From Setoptus koraiensis (taxonomy: Eukaryota > Animalia > Arthropoda): 64,000 nucleotides of DNA. Below are positions 47,931 to 60,141 of this stretch, piece after piece. A program made the position numbers and the translations under genes. The notes below the pieces were generated by a model. The model was not told the origin of the DNA. It made no database searches and saw nothing but the letters and a program-made list of their open reading frames with translations. The stretch is taken from contig CM106586.1 in the NCBI GenBank assembly GCA_048013815.1, positions 3,782,001 through 3,846,000 of the forward strand, in the 5' to 3' direction. The stretch's first letter is position 1; every line of letters starts with the position of its first letter.

Positions 47931-48798
47931 ACCTATAAAACCAAATGTGACCACAACGACCAACATGCGAACTCTGTGTCCCAATCTCGCCACCCCCCGG
48001 CTGCCGCCCCTCACACCGTCGCTCGCACTGGTTCGTTCGTTACTTGCGTACTGCACACCGAATGCAAAAGCATGCAACAAGCATCATTCGATTCGGCAAT
48101 GACCGATGCGTGGTCAACGCGATTGATTGGTTATTTTGGAAAGCTGCCGCCAGGTTGTGCTTGGCTCTGTTTTGTTGCTGGTGCTGCTGGTGGGCACGCA
48201 CAGCGAACTTGGCCGTTGCCGCCTTCGAACTTCGAACTGTCGCGGCCGCGAAAGTTCCAAGTAAAATTAAATGGGGCACCTCGGCGTCCCATTTAATTTG
48301 AACGGAGCTAGCGCGAGCGATTGGCGATTCTGGCGGGCCAATCAGAACGCTTACTTTAGAACGAATGGTTCGAAATAGTTCGTCGCGGTAAACCGAATAT
48401 TTTGCACAAATAGATCAATTGACAAGAAATGATAAGCCAGAAATTGAGCCAGTGACTAGGGACACATCTATCTGGGCGTGATTACCATTCAAGGCAGATA
48501 AGTATTTTACATCTCATAAACGTACATCGCGTAGCTCGCGTACAATGTTGCTGTCGTTATGTTGCTGCTGTTATGTTGCTGTTGTTGCTGTTTCTTCGTG
48601 TTAAATATCAACGATAATAATGATTATGGTAATAGTGATAATAGTCAGTAATATTGATAGTCATTTGCACCATAAATTGCTTTGTGCTTGATGTTTCGTG
48701 GCGGACACATGTCGAAGCCTTCATAATGTCGATATGTTGTCTATGCTCATCATCTTCCAAACAATCGCTTTGAGGTCGTCGTATCACGGCATTTGCAC

Positions 48799-49560
48799 TC
48801 ACAAGATCATACTCTTGAATAGATTAGCGTTAGAATATAAATCCGAGTTGAAATGACGTATAGTCTTGCCAGCCCACCTATATGAATAGTAAACGGTGAA
48901 AACAAGAAAGATGATGAGATCAATGCCAGTTCACGTTGACGCCGATAATCGACCTGTTCTGTATCTAGCTTACCTGTCGGTGTAAAACGGGCTAGACTTG
49001 TCTTGGTACTCAAATTCCTCTGAGTCTGTTAGTGTTGAGGCTTTGTTGGGCAAATTCGGCCTGTATGATTGTGGATTTATGGAACCCAACGATTGTCTCC
49101 TGTTTGCTGATGAGCTGCTCCAGTTGTCATCTGATAGGGATGCATTAAATGATGACCTGTATATTATGTCGGGGGTGTTGTTTGCACGACGCGCAGGAAC
49201 AAACAATCCCAATTCGGTATCGAAATCCGTTAAATTATCGAATCGTTGTCGTGTTATTAATGGTTCATTATGATTATTGTTTGAGAGTATTGTTCTAGAA
49301 TTGTTATTGTTATTAGTAGTACTAGTTGTTATAGTAGTATTATTGTCTTGTTGATTGCTAATAGATGGTAAATACCCCGTATTTGCATTCCTGACAGACC
49401 ATGGTAATTCTGTGTTGAATTTTCTGCTGTCAATTTCGCCTATTTTGTCACTATACAACGAATTGCCGTACTCTACATTTTTACCATAAATTGTTGAATG
49501 AGGTCGCTTCCAAACTTTAGGTACAAGAATCTTCTTTGAATTTGTGCTTGTTGAGGCCAT
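48799..49560 (-). CDS. Short protein with an N-terminal motif reminiscent of arthropod mini-paramyosin-type muscle proteins; probable exons 49560-48974 and 48877-48799
   Basis: KVWKRPHSTIYGKNVEYGNSLY...ID resembles a recalled W-x-R-P-x-x-x-I-Y-x-x-N-x-x-Y-G motif. AG|GTAAG at 48973 and a pyrimidine-rich acceptor ending 48878 define a 96-nt intron that removes the ORF-track stop. Confidence 0.4.
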
Positions 49561-52011
49561 CTTGATGATGTCTGAATGTTACAATAATTATTATTGTTTG
49601 TTATTTAATGTTCAATTATTGAGGTGTTGATGACCAGAAGTGTTAATTTCCTTCGTTTATTTGTCTGTTTGTCTTGGTGCTCTTCTTTGAAATGCACAAT
49701 TGATTTTGATTTCTGATTTGGACGTCACGGTCAGGATAACTTTCTTAATCTAAACAACTAACCTTAGTAAATGGATAAAAGACGACACGCACAAAGTATA
49801 GAATTATTAGTGTTGGATGCTGAGTGTTGAGTTACTCAACTTGATATGAGTATGAAAACTACTGTGACAAATAGAAATCATTAGATAGTAGCCACTACAA
49901 AAAAAAAGATATCTTCATTTGTTCTGCAATAACATACGAGGAAAGACTAGGCGATCATCTTTGACTTTATTCTTTTCGTGCGACTTCAATTTCCACTTCT
50001 ATAGAAATAATAAATTGTTTGATATACTGACTTGTTGACAATATTATTAATTTAATGTTTGCAAAGATTTAAACAATCAAAGGATTCAACTTCTGTCCCT
50101 TGTAGTTTATAGCTCTAGTCTGCAGACTTTTAACTTATGACTCAAATGTAACTTTACCCTCTTCTTTGCTATCAAGGTGAAGCAGCCGTCTAAGCGCTCG
50201 TAACAGTTGCTTGAACTTGAATTATCCTAATTATTCTATGTTAATTTCACTGTGACAAAAACAACAAACAATACTAAAGAAAGATGGTACGAATGACGTG
50301 GCCAGGACGATTTAGTTGTACAACTACTATTCATGTAGAATATTTGATGATGGAAAGGTTGTTAATACTTACGTTCTTGAAACAAACTCTATTGTACTGC
50401 ATGATGGACCCTATCCAAACCTACATTCTGCACATTTATTAGCACTACTGTTCTTCTGAATGAATTCCTCTACTGTGTGTATTTTGAGTGCAAGATTCAG
50501 AAGGCAAGAGAATGCCTTATCAACTGGGGTTGACTTCTCGCGTGACTAAATCTATTTTCGATGCCATAACTAAGTCAGTCGTCTTAGAGGAATCTAATTT
50601 ACAGCCTAAACTGTTATAGATGATGGTGATATAACTTATGAAAAGCAAATGCACTGATCAGCAGTTGTTACTAAAATACAAGCTCCAGAACATTCATCCT
50701 ATGGTAGCTTCTTCGCATAATTCTCAAGTCGACTTAGGGCTCGACCCCTTTAAGTCTTAGAACTCCGTATCATTACTGTATACAAGATGAAATTAACAAC
50801 TACCGAACTGCCAAACAAAGATGGCCAACAAATCACAAAAAGAGCAACAGTCGATTATGTAAATAGATAAATAAACATCTCAACTCATCGCTATCTACTC
50901 AATCTCCTTTTTCAATATCCAGCCCAAAAAGAGTATACAAGACTTTATTTTCTTGTTATAAAGTGCAAAACGACATAGTACTGATATATCTGAGCTAGCA
51001 AAATGTAACATCATAATCATTGTATGCGCGTTTCTTTGACTGCAAATAATTTAGTCGAGTTTTTATTATTGTGGGCGTCCGGATTCATATGAACCATGAA
51101 ACATACTAGCTGTGACGTAGAATATCCGTATGAACAAAGAAGAACAACAATTTATTCTTAAGTTTGAGAGAAGTGACTTATATAAGACAAAGTTGATATG
51201 AAAGAAAATCAAGTTTATATGAACAATATGAAGACTTCCTCTTGCTTTTCATGGCGACAAACTTCATCGTTAATGATATTTATGGTCTTCTGCTATCCTT
51301 AAGACAAAAGCATCAACATTATTATGCTTTCGAAACGACTTGTCTCAAGTCAGAATCCTTCGTTGTTGTATGCCATGGAATATAATCTTAGGTACCTCAA
51401 ACTTCACAAATGCTCTATCTAAATGAATGAGATTCTATAATAGGTGGCAAGATGCCAACTATTTGCCAATCTTTACTTGCGAACGATGCCAATATGTATG
51501 CAATCCTACTGAACTTCATCCATCACTCGACATACTACCAAATAATTTGTTGTATAAGTCTAGTCAGATTGATCTCTCGAAAGAACAAAATTGAGCTGTG
51601 TTATCGAGATGCTACTGGTGGATTTCTGTCGGATTTACATATGCATAGAGACGATCGGAAATCATTGCGCTTCTTTCATGTAATCATCATGCTTCTCATT
51701 GACTGACATATATAAATTCGATAATTTCTCTTTCCCATGACCAAATGCATAGATGGCCAGTCGATGAATTCATAAATTGTACTCTAGAGAAGCATCCATA
51801 TTTTTAGACAAGATAGCCGGTAATTGATCGGCACATTCGAACGATTTTGTTTTAGCTATCATGTCCGCCATAAACATCTTTATTTGACGGGTGGACAGAG
51901 ACACCTAAAAGGATTTAGACATTTTGCTAAGTCCCATCTTTTCGAGCATTTCTTTACCATCATAATTTAAATAATTTTTGGAAAAATAAATTATTATTGC
52001 CTACTGGAAAG

Positions 52012-52848
52012 TTAAATTCGAGGTTTCACATAACTGATAATTAGATCATCGCCATCTTCGAGCGTTCCATCTGATATGAAATCCGCAAATTTCTTTTGTG
52101 AATCTAATTCAAAACAAGCTCTAGCCTGTTTTAGTACTAATTGATCTGCTTGAGCAATATTATTACAATTTGTCAAATTTAGTTGTATTGCGATCCAATC
52201 AATCAATTTACCCACAGGCATATTCCTTGAGGTGAATACATTCAGTTGCTGTACTGACAATTTGTTGTCACCAGTCGATAGGGTTGTTTTAGGTTCGTAT
52301 TCAACATGAAAATGCAACCGATCGGCCACGGGTATGTTGGGCGGTCCTTTAGCTGATTGTTTGATCTTCATGATACGTATACGCTTAGCCAGCTGCTGGT
52401 TTTTATTTGTAGTTCCATAGGCTTGTCCCTGTACACCAGTGTTACCATCTTTCCTCAATTTCTCCAATATTTCCTGATTCCTTTTCACTTTTTCATCCTG
52501 CTCTAATCTGTTTAACCTCGCTATATCTAGCTGCTCTCTGGTAGGGGAGCAGTTATGTTGGTGTCGGTGAGCAAGACAATATTTTCCCTTGCATAATGGA
52601 CATTCTACTAAGGCTAATTCTGACGTAGACTGCTTACAAAACTCGCAGAGACTTTTAGGTATAGGCTTATTTTCCGAAACCTTGCTGTCGTCGGCATCAG
52701 TATTGGATGTCAATTCTATTGGACAGTCAGACCCGTGATTGTTCTTGTGTTCTGTACAAACCATCTTGTTGCAATAAGCGCATCGGAATGGTAAGAAATC
52801 TGTCCTATTACATATCTCACATGTTGCACCGATATGTGGTAGTTCCAT
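52012..52848 (-). CDS. ZFAND1: AN1-type zinc finger protein 1, intronless
   Basis: MELPHIGATC..C...DFLPFRC..C....C.EH, a second AN1 finger, MKIKQSAKG..NIP..DRLHF and a ubiquitin-like tail (VGKLIDWIA..L.L.N.NN). Confidence 0.9.
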   Translation of the reverse strand: MELPHIGATCEICNRTDFLPFRCAYCNKMVCTEHKNNHGSDCPIELTSNTDADDSKVSENKPIPKSLCEFCKQSTSELALVECPLCKGKYCLAHRHQHNCSPTREQLDIARLNRLEQDEKVKRNQEILEKLRKDGNTGVQGQAYGTTNKNQQLAKRIRIMKIKQSAKGPPNIPVADRLHFHVEYEPKTTLSTGDNKLSVQQLNVFTSRNMPVGKLIDWIAIQLNLTNCNNIAQADQLVLKQARACFELDSQKKFADFISDGTLEDGDDLIISYVKPRI

Positions 52849-54365
52849 TGTTTCTTGTTTTTCCTAATTCACTTCTTTTGTGTTACATCCGTTTATGTTA
52901 TGAATGAATATTTGCTCCTACTGGTACGCCGATTCGCATGAAGCTAACAAATATTTTTCATGATGGGTGATTATCATGGGTTCATTGATTACAGCACAAT
53001 TAAAATTGATCCCGATGAGACAATCTGAACCTGCAGTTAAGCGCACATTTCAAAAAACTCATTGATTCAATCAATTTGATTGTGAGTCATTGTGACAGAA
53101 TGGATGAGCATAGGGGAAGGTTTTAATCCAAAAACATTAGTATTTGTAGCTCCTTTAGATAGATCCTTTGGTCTTTTCTTCAGAATTGAGGACCAGAAAA
53201 GTGCAGATTTCGGACGCAATCAGCTGATCCTCTTATTTGTCTCGCCCACTCACGAGCCTTTTTCTGTGGGCACGTCTCGGGACGAACTAGAAGCAGGAAA
53301 GGCGCGAAAGAGAAGGTAGACAACAACACTATATAGTACCATTGTAATTTGAAGGATCTTTGAACAGTATTCATATGTCTTCATATATGTTTAGATTTTG
53401 GTTGTGAATGTGCAACTTTCGTCAGACTGGGGCCTCGGTGACGACGGCGTGACTTATCGTTCTAGTTGATTACTTTCGATTGCGCCCCAGATGCTTTCGA
53501 GAATCTTATAAATTATCTTATCTTATATTCATTTATTACGCTAGTCAATGATAGTAAAAACTGCCTGCCATTGAGGCCCCAAAGCACAAAACGAATACAA
53601 AGACTTGGGAACGAGAGGATCGGGTCAAATGTATGTAGTTGAGCGAATTTCCCAGCATGGAAAGGTAGGTACGAAGAAACTTGTTTAGCTGGCGGAACTA
53701 GATCTCAAAGGAATGAAACTACTCTTAGGAGTTGGGTGTGAATTCTAGTGCGAGTTATCGTTGGGTTTTCGTCAGCATCATGGGATACACTATTGAGACA
53801 CAGAATGGACCTAGAAAACGAGCAACCGTTGCGTGCCCTTACTAATCCTGACCATTTACACGTTTTCTTCTTTGTTCTCGCAGTATTTTGGTTAATTTCT
53901 TGCATAATGCAACATGAAGAATGCCGCTCGTCAGAGACTAAGCTGCTCCTACGGCCTTCGAATCGCATCTGACAGCTTGACGTCTTTGCCAGAAAATACC
54001 GAATCTGGGAGTTGATGCTACCCAGACTGGCTCTCGTTGTTAGAGGCGCAATCATTTCAGCAGTTCATGTAACACAGAGTTGCCACGCGCATAAGTTCGA
54101 AAGTTGCACACACACGCAAACACACGCAAAATAGAACTTTTCCTTCCGGAATCCGGACACCCCTTTATCATTCGATCAGTGAGAGCGACGCAGCTAAATA
54201 TACTCTAGATAAAAATAAATATGTGCTCAATCACAATCAACAAATTGAAATTTATGTACACGTAAGATTTTTTTGGCAGACACAGAATTCGCTCATTAAT
54301 ATTTCCTCTTCATTTTTATTGAATTTAATTTAGATTGTTCTAATTACAAAATCAAACGATTGAAA

Positions 54366-56198
54366 ATGGACAATCAACAGCTTGTTACTACTAACGACGA
54401 AGATCAAATCCTTCTGGTTAACACTGTGATGGGATCAAATCTTCGAGATCTACAACTGGGCAAGGTTTGCTACATCGATGAGGAGACAATAAAATCACTA
54501 GAACTAATAGAGAATAACCTAGAGCCAAGGAATAGATATCATTCATTATACGGGGCGATAAAGACAACAAAAACATCATGTGGAGCGAAGACTTTGAAAT
54601 CAAACATAATACGACCCGCTGCACATTTGGAGACCATTGAGGAGAGACTTGATTGTGTCCAGTACCTGATTCAGCATCCGGATGTGCTCGCTTTGATACA
54701 AGCATCTATGCACAAATTCAGCTTTATAGACTTGGAGCACTTAGTAAACGAATTAGTACATACATCAGGAAATTGTAGAACAGTGAGCATCAAAACGGCA
54801 GAAAAACGACTTGAGATTCTTATAAGTGTAAGAAGAATGCTGTTTTATGTTGAACATCTAAAAGAAGCCATGTGTAGAGCCGATCAACCAACAATAAGCT
54901 CTTATTGCGAAGTGCTACAGGATCCCAGCTTCGATGCCATATCCAATGAGATTGATGATATGATACGAAGAGATTTCATTGAAGAGAAAAAATCCAAGAA
55001 AGCGGACAAAAGAGATCTGCTGAACGCTATCAAGAGCAACAAAGAGTTACTATTGGATATAACTAGAAAAACGTATCTTGAGGCCATTGCAGAAATGGAG
55101 GATTATGTTCAGGAACTGGCCGTTGAGGTAAACCTTCCGTTGAGATTAAACCATCAACTAGGTAGAGGTTATTTTCTGCAATTGAATAGAGACGCTGTTG
55201 GGCCTCACTTCAAGATGCCATCAATTTTCCAACGTGTCTATACTACCAGAAACATTCACACTTTTACTACTACTGATCTGATGCGCTGTAATGTTCGAGT
55301 GAATATGTCATATGACAATACTCTCAAGATGTCCAATGACATGCTCGACAGCCTTATAAACCGTGTCACCGCTTATTCCACGCCACTGTTCAAAATACTA
55401 GAGGTTGTTGGTTTCATCGACATGATCATTGGATTTGCCGAGATATCTTATGATCCAAAAAGAAGACTGGTGAGGCCTCAGTTTAACAACAAAGGAATTG
55501 AAATAATCGGAGGCCGTCATATGATTTTGGAGACAGTTTTGGAGAAGAGTCGAGAGAGAATTAGGTCAAATAATACTTCCCTTATGGGCCACAACTTTGC
55601 TTTGATCACAGGTCCGAATATGGGAGGTAAGACTGTTTATCTGAAACAAGTCGCCATAATTCAAATCATGGCACAAATGGGTTGCTTTGTACCTGCTGAG
55701 AGCGCCAACCTTGTAGTTCATGACAAAATTATAGTTCGCTCCGGCAGTGATAACGAATTTGAATCAACTTGCTCTTCGTTCATGAATGAAATGAAAGGAC
55801 TACGTAATGTTTTGCAAGAGGACAATCGCACTTCTCTTATCATTATAGATGAACTTGGAAGAGGTACATCATACGAAGATGGAGCCTCCTACAGTTTTGC
55901 AGTTGCGGAGGAACTGGCTTCGAGGAAAGACGTATTTACCTTGTTCGCGACACATTTTCCATTGCTACGATCGCTTAGCGAATTCTACAATAATGTCAAA
56001 GTATGTCAGTTCAGAATGAAAGAAGATAATTCAGGATTGATATTTTCCCATGAACTCGATGAAGATGCTTTTGATAATGTTCATTATGGACTGAAACTGG
56101 CCGAGTATAGTGCTCTACCAAAAGAAATCATAGAAATCGCGAAAAGTTATTTAGCCAGCAACATACAGTTACAACATATTAGATATAGTCGTTATTGA
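54366..56198 (+). CDS. MSH4: MutS homolog 4 (meiotic MSH4), intronless CDS, N-terminally short
   Basis: IDEETIKSLELIENN...SLYG...TKTSCGAKTLKSNIIRP, GPNMGGKTVYLKQVAIIQIMAQMGCFVPAE, SSFMNEMK, IIDELGRGTS..DG and FTLFATHF. The track start at 54360 is TTG. Confidence 0.88.
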   Translation: MDNQQLVTTNDEDQILLVNTVMGSNLRDLQLGKVCYIDEETIKSLELIENNLEPRNRYHSLYGAIKTTKTSCGAKTLKSNIIRPAAHLETIEERLDCVQYLIQHPDVLALIQASMHKFSFIDLEHLVNELVHTSGNCRTVSIKTAEKRLEILISVRRMLFYVEHLKEAMCRADQPTISSYCEVLQDPSFDAISNEIDDMIRRDFIEEKKSKKADKRDLLNAIKSNKELLLDITRKTYLEAIAEMEDYVQELAVEVNLPLRLNHQLGRGYFLQLNRDAVGPHFKMPSIFQRVYTTRNIHTFTTTDLMRCNVRVNMSYDNTLKMSNDMLDSLINRVTAYSTPLFKILEVVGFIDMIIGFAEISYDPKRRLVRPQFNNKGIEIIGGRHMILETVLEKSRERIRSNNTSLMGHNFALITGPNMGGKTVYLKQVAIIQIMAQMGCFVPAESANLVVHDKIIVRSGSDNEFESTCSSFMNEMKGLRNVLQEDNRTSLIIIDELGRGTSYEDGASYSFAVAEELASRKDVFTLFATHFPLLRSLSEFYNNVKVCQFRMKEDNSGLIFSHELDEDAFDNVHYGLKLAEYSALPKEIIEIAKSYLASNIQLQHIRYSRY

Positions 56199-56433
56199 TG
56201 GTATTTATCAGAATCGTATCATATTTAAACAACGTTTACTGCTTAAGGTATCCTTCATCTTCAGAGTAGATTATGAAACTTAGTTTCGATAGTAATTTTT
56301 TCTGTGATGTCTGTAATAGTTTGTGTGAGTGTGTGAATGAATTTTTTTTTTGTGATAAATTTTGTTGACTCAATTTGAATATAATTAGAACAATCTTACA
56401 TAAACTTTTGTCCTGTGTAACATGATGTAAAAA

Positions 56434-57336
56434 TCACTGAGCTGCCCAGGCTTTGAGTTTTTCAAGCTCTTCCTCAGCTTTTTTGCTTGCGGCGGATTTA
56501 TGGGAACTTGTGGCAATTGGTTCAGCCGAAGGTACTTCTGGCAAGGAGGTAGGGTGACTGTCGGTTTGCAACAATTTCTCGTCTAATTCTTGTTGCTGCA
56601 TGCCCTCAAGCTCCTTCAGAAGCTCGTCCTCATCATGTTGTTGTATACCGGGGGTTGCTATCATATTACTGATTTCTTTGGCAATCTCTTGTTGCTCTTT
56701 AATTTCATCCAACGTGTCCTCAACTTGGTTGATATCCATGTTGTTGTGGGCTTGTTTCATAATCTTGGCTGTCTGGGCCATTGTTTGCATGATCGCAGCA
56801 TTGGTGCTGGCATTCTCGAGCATCTCAATTTGGTTTTCAATATTAGTTAAGATACCTAGATCATGAAAAAAGATTGTTCGAATAATTTAGTTTGTGGGAA
56901 AAATTGCACATATATATATAAATGGATAGTTTGCGATCGGTAAGTAAGCATACCTTGGTTTTGCTTGAGTTGTTCTTCATATCTCTTTTTGCTTTTCAGT
57001 GATTCCAAGGCTTTCCTTTTATTTTTATTAATATTTTCTTTGATAGTCTGTTCACATTCTTCGATTTGCTTTTCAATATGTGCTATCTTTTTTGTGACCA
57101 TCTCTTCTTTTTCACGCAACCTGATAAATGGATAGAAAGACAGGTTCATTTTGAGAAAAGTGTCAGTGGAATATTTGATCCAAATTAAGCATATCATCAT
57201 GTTGTGCAATGTGGATGGATTCGTCGGCGTCGGAACCCCAATGAATGTATACTCACTGTTCTAATCCAGATTTTGGTGATGGACTAGGTGGTTTGGCGCT
57301 GGAACCCCCTAAGAGACTTTTAAAGAAAGACATCAT
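56434..57336 (-). CDS. CHMP4B: ESCRT-III CHMP4/Snf7/shrub; exons 57336-57257, 57120-56954 and 56855-56434, 222 aa
   Basis: MMSFFKSLLGG..., Q|LREKEEMVTKK, NKRKALESLKSKKRYEEQL, G|ILTNIENQIEMLENASTN, DEDELLKELE and LKAWAAQ. GT-AG introns of 136 and 98 nt keep frame. Confidence 0.93.
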
Positions 57337-58548
57337 GTTGTATTTTCGTTTAAAATTTTTAATATTTTAGTATTTTAGTCTAATGTAATAGTGTTTCCAT
57401 GAATGATAGAGGAGAGAATTAAATTATGGCTAACAACAATGATAATAATAACAACATTATTATGCTATTATGAATTTTTGTTGCATACAGTCATACAAAG
57501 ACGTATATATCGAAAGCGCCAAGTTTGAACGAATGCGCAAAGTTGATTTTTTTGATTCTGCGTTCAAGGTTGAATTTGTATTGTTTCGACTGTACAGATC
57601 TTGATAGGTGAGGCAGTGGATTATTATACATATCCCCATATGCATCATGTTGTGTAAAATGAGTCAGCAACAAACAACAACATTAAACATTTTAATGTGG
57701 CGATAAAGCCTTTCTCTTATTGTCCGGATGAGGTCGCTAAGGATACTAGAAAACCCACAGTGTCGGCTACAACGCTTTTTCATGGATGTTGTTTTCTCTT
57801 TTTGATTGATTCATTCTCACGGGCATGCGGGATTCGTCAGTGCAACATTTCAATTTCGGAGATGTAATAGAGCGCCGTCAGGTGGGAACCATCGTAAACG
57901 ATATATCTAAGAATTGTGAGAGCACGAGACAGATTTTTGCTTCAATTGCTGCCATGTGAGACTGGTGTATAATTGAGAGAACCGCGGAAATCAAGATTCC
58001 ATCTTTATTAGATACACCTAGTTACTGATGGTGTGATTTAATAAAGAGTTATTTGGAGTCGTAAAATGAAACACAGCATCAAATATTGTGTAGGCGAACA
58101 AAGGACATCTGATAATGAATAGTGCGTCGCTTTCACTGATCTTGTTTCTATCCTATTTCGAGAGCCAGTCTGTCATAACACTGGAGGCTCTTTTGTGTGG
58201 CTACAGACTTGGTCGCGAAACTCTCCGATCGTGTAGATTGACGCTTTGAGGCCAAGATTGTTAGATCAAACTCATGTTATGGATCATGAATATCCATAGC
58301 CATGTGAAGTATAGTTCATGATGATATATAATCAGATGATTATTTCTTTTGATTATTTATTCTCTGACTAGGAGTGGAAAAGCAATCGGATATACAGGAT
58401 GTACAGGCTATGAAAAGTTGCGTAACTTTCTGTTAAAGTCAACACATCGATTCAAAACATGTGATACAGTTTACCAGTTATAAATTAGGTGTGGTTACGA
58501 GGAGACATTTCAAGATCTCGAATTGTGTGCACACTTTAGTTGGAGTTC

Positions 58549-60141
58549 TTATGAGAGTAGCGATCGTTGTCGCTGTTGCTGGAATATAGCTGTAATCTCC
58601 TCAATAGTTGTACCTTTGGTTTCTGGCACTTTGTAATATGTGAACAGATAAAACATGAATAGTAATGCTGAAAAAAGCAAAAATGTATACCCATGTAATA
58701 TGTGCGTCAATGGCAGAAATGCCAATGAAACTAGGAAATTAGCGCTCCAATTAACGGCCACTGCTATGCTGGTTGCAACCGATCGCGCATTAGCTCCAAA
58801 TAATTCTGTCACCAAAAACCATGGAATGCTTCCTGGTCCGCACGCAAACATCACAATGAATACGTATATTAATATGACGCTTACGTAACTGAAAACTACA
58901 GAAGAATCTTTGGCCGCTAAACAAATAGATATGATAAATGTGGTAATTGACATTCCCAGTAATCCTGTCATATGTAGTGTCTTGCGACCGGCCTTATCCA
59001 CTATTAGCAATGACATTACTGTCATGCATACATTGAGAATGCCCATGCCTAAAGTCGCACTCAATGCACTTTGATCGCTCAAACCCGCACTCTTGAAGAT
59101 AGATGTCGAGAAAAACATAACTGCATTTATGCCCGATAATTGCTGGCTCAACATGACGACCACAGAGATAATAAGCGGAGTCCGGAAGCAGGGATTTGTG
59201 ACCATGTCACGAAATGTTATACTGGGAGAGCTTTTGCTAAGTTCTCCTTCGGCTCTTAACTCGTCCATTTCGTCATGTACCTCTAAAGTTTCTCTAAACC
59301 AACTCAAAGCTCTTTGTGCTTGCAGTTCTGATCCTTGAACAATTAGTAAGTGCTTCGGAGATTCTGGACATTGTGGTAAAGTGGCCAACATAAATAATGA
59401 TGGTATTATTGGAATGACAAACAATACTGGCCAATATTGCTCCGTTCCTAGTAATCCAGGCATTCCAAATACATTTGATAGGAGAATTGATATGGTTATC
59501 ACTAATTGATAAATTGTTCCAACTCCACCGCGCATATGATTGGGTGAAATCTCAGTTAGATACATAGGGGCTATTCCAGCATTTAGACCAGCATTGACTC
59601 CTATCAAGAATCTACCAAATATCATCATCTCATACGATTTCGCTCCTCTTGCTGAGCCCATGAACATAACTGCCAATATGACTAGAGCATTGTTGTACAG
59701 AAGACCATTTCTTCTTCCTACTTTCTCTGCGACAAACGCCGTCAAAAGAGCGCCAATACATCCACCAATGCAGAATATGGATACAATCACTGAGAATATC
59801 ATGTCGATTATTCTTTGATCTGCATAGGCGTTATTTCTCTTGAAATATGTCTCGTTGATGAACTGGCTAACGAATTTTTCCGGAGCATTCACAACACCAG
59901 TGTTGTAACCGTGCTGAAAGCTGGAACCAATAGCAGATGCCATTATAGCGAACGCCAGCTTAAGAGTTAACTTTCCGTGAGTAGACGATGTTAACTGGCT
60001 CCTAGAATCTCCCAATGGATGACGATCGGCATCGGACATAGAGTCGTTCCGAGAGGTAGATGCCTTATTTATATGGTTTGTGTCCTGCTCACCATCTTGA
60101 ATATTCATGTACTCTACTTCCGTTAGTTGTGTGTTGGCCAT
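58549..60141 (-). CDS. Facilitated glucose transporter, class I (GLUT1-like), 12-TM MFS, intronless
   Basis: GSSFQHGYNTGVVNAP, GRRNG, MYLTEISP..MRGG.GT..QL, PESPK, QQLSGINAVMFFS, DKAGRK, GPGSIPWF...ELF and PETKG. Confidence 0.93.
   Translation of the reverse strand: MANTQLTEVEYMNIQDGEQDTNHINKASTSRNDSMSDADRHPLGDSRSQLTSSTHGKLTLKLAFAIMASAIGSSFQHGYNTGVVNAPEKFVSQFINETYFKRNNAYADQRIIDMIFSVIVSIFCIGGCIGALLTAFVAEKVGRRNGLLYNNALVILAVMFMGSARGAKSYEMMIFGRFLIGVNAGLNAGIAPMYLTEISPNHMRGGVGTIYQLVITISILLSNVFGMPGLLGTEQYWPVLFVIPIIPSLFMLATLPQCPESPKHLLIVQGSELQAQRALSWFRETLEVHDEMDELRAEGELSKSSPSITFRDMVTNPCFRTPLIISVVVMLSQQLSGINAVMFFSTSIFKSAGLSDQSALSATLGMGILNVCMTVMSLLIVDKAGRKTLHMTGLLGMSITTFIISICLAAKDSSVVFSYVSVILIYVFIVMFACGPGSIPWFLVTELFGANARSVATSIAVAVNWSANFLVSLAFLPLTHILHGYTFLLFSALLFMFYLFTYYKVPETKGTTIEEITAIFQQQRQRSLLS

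Noticed and set aside
47394-48301. Cluster of short ORFs upstream of yki
   Set aside because: Derived from GA/CT/GT repeats and GC-rich promoter sequence, with no coding signature.
53180-53300. Possible U11 snRNA on the minus strand (AAAAAGG..GTGAGTGG..GATTGC)
   Set aside because: Stem I is too short, there is no convincing Sm site, and the AGATTTCGGA match is on the opposite strand. A cmsearch would settle it.
53560-54055. Small spliced gene between ZFAND1 and MSH4
   Set aside because: Splice-like sites exist, but I could not assemble a frame-consistent, recognisable product. It is probably UTR sequence.
57697-58300. Pseudogene-like fragments between CHMP4 and the GLUT gene
   Set aside because: Runs under 60 codons needing several frameshifts, with no recognisable family.
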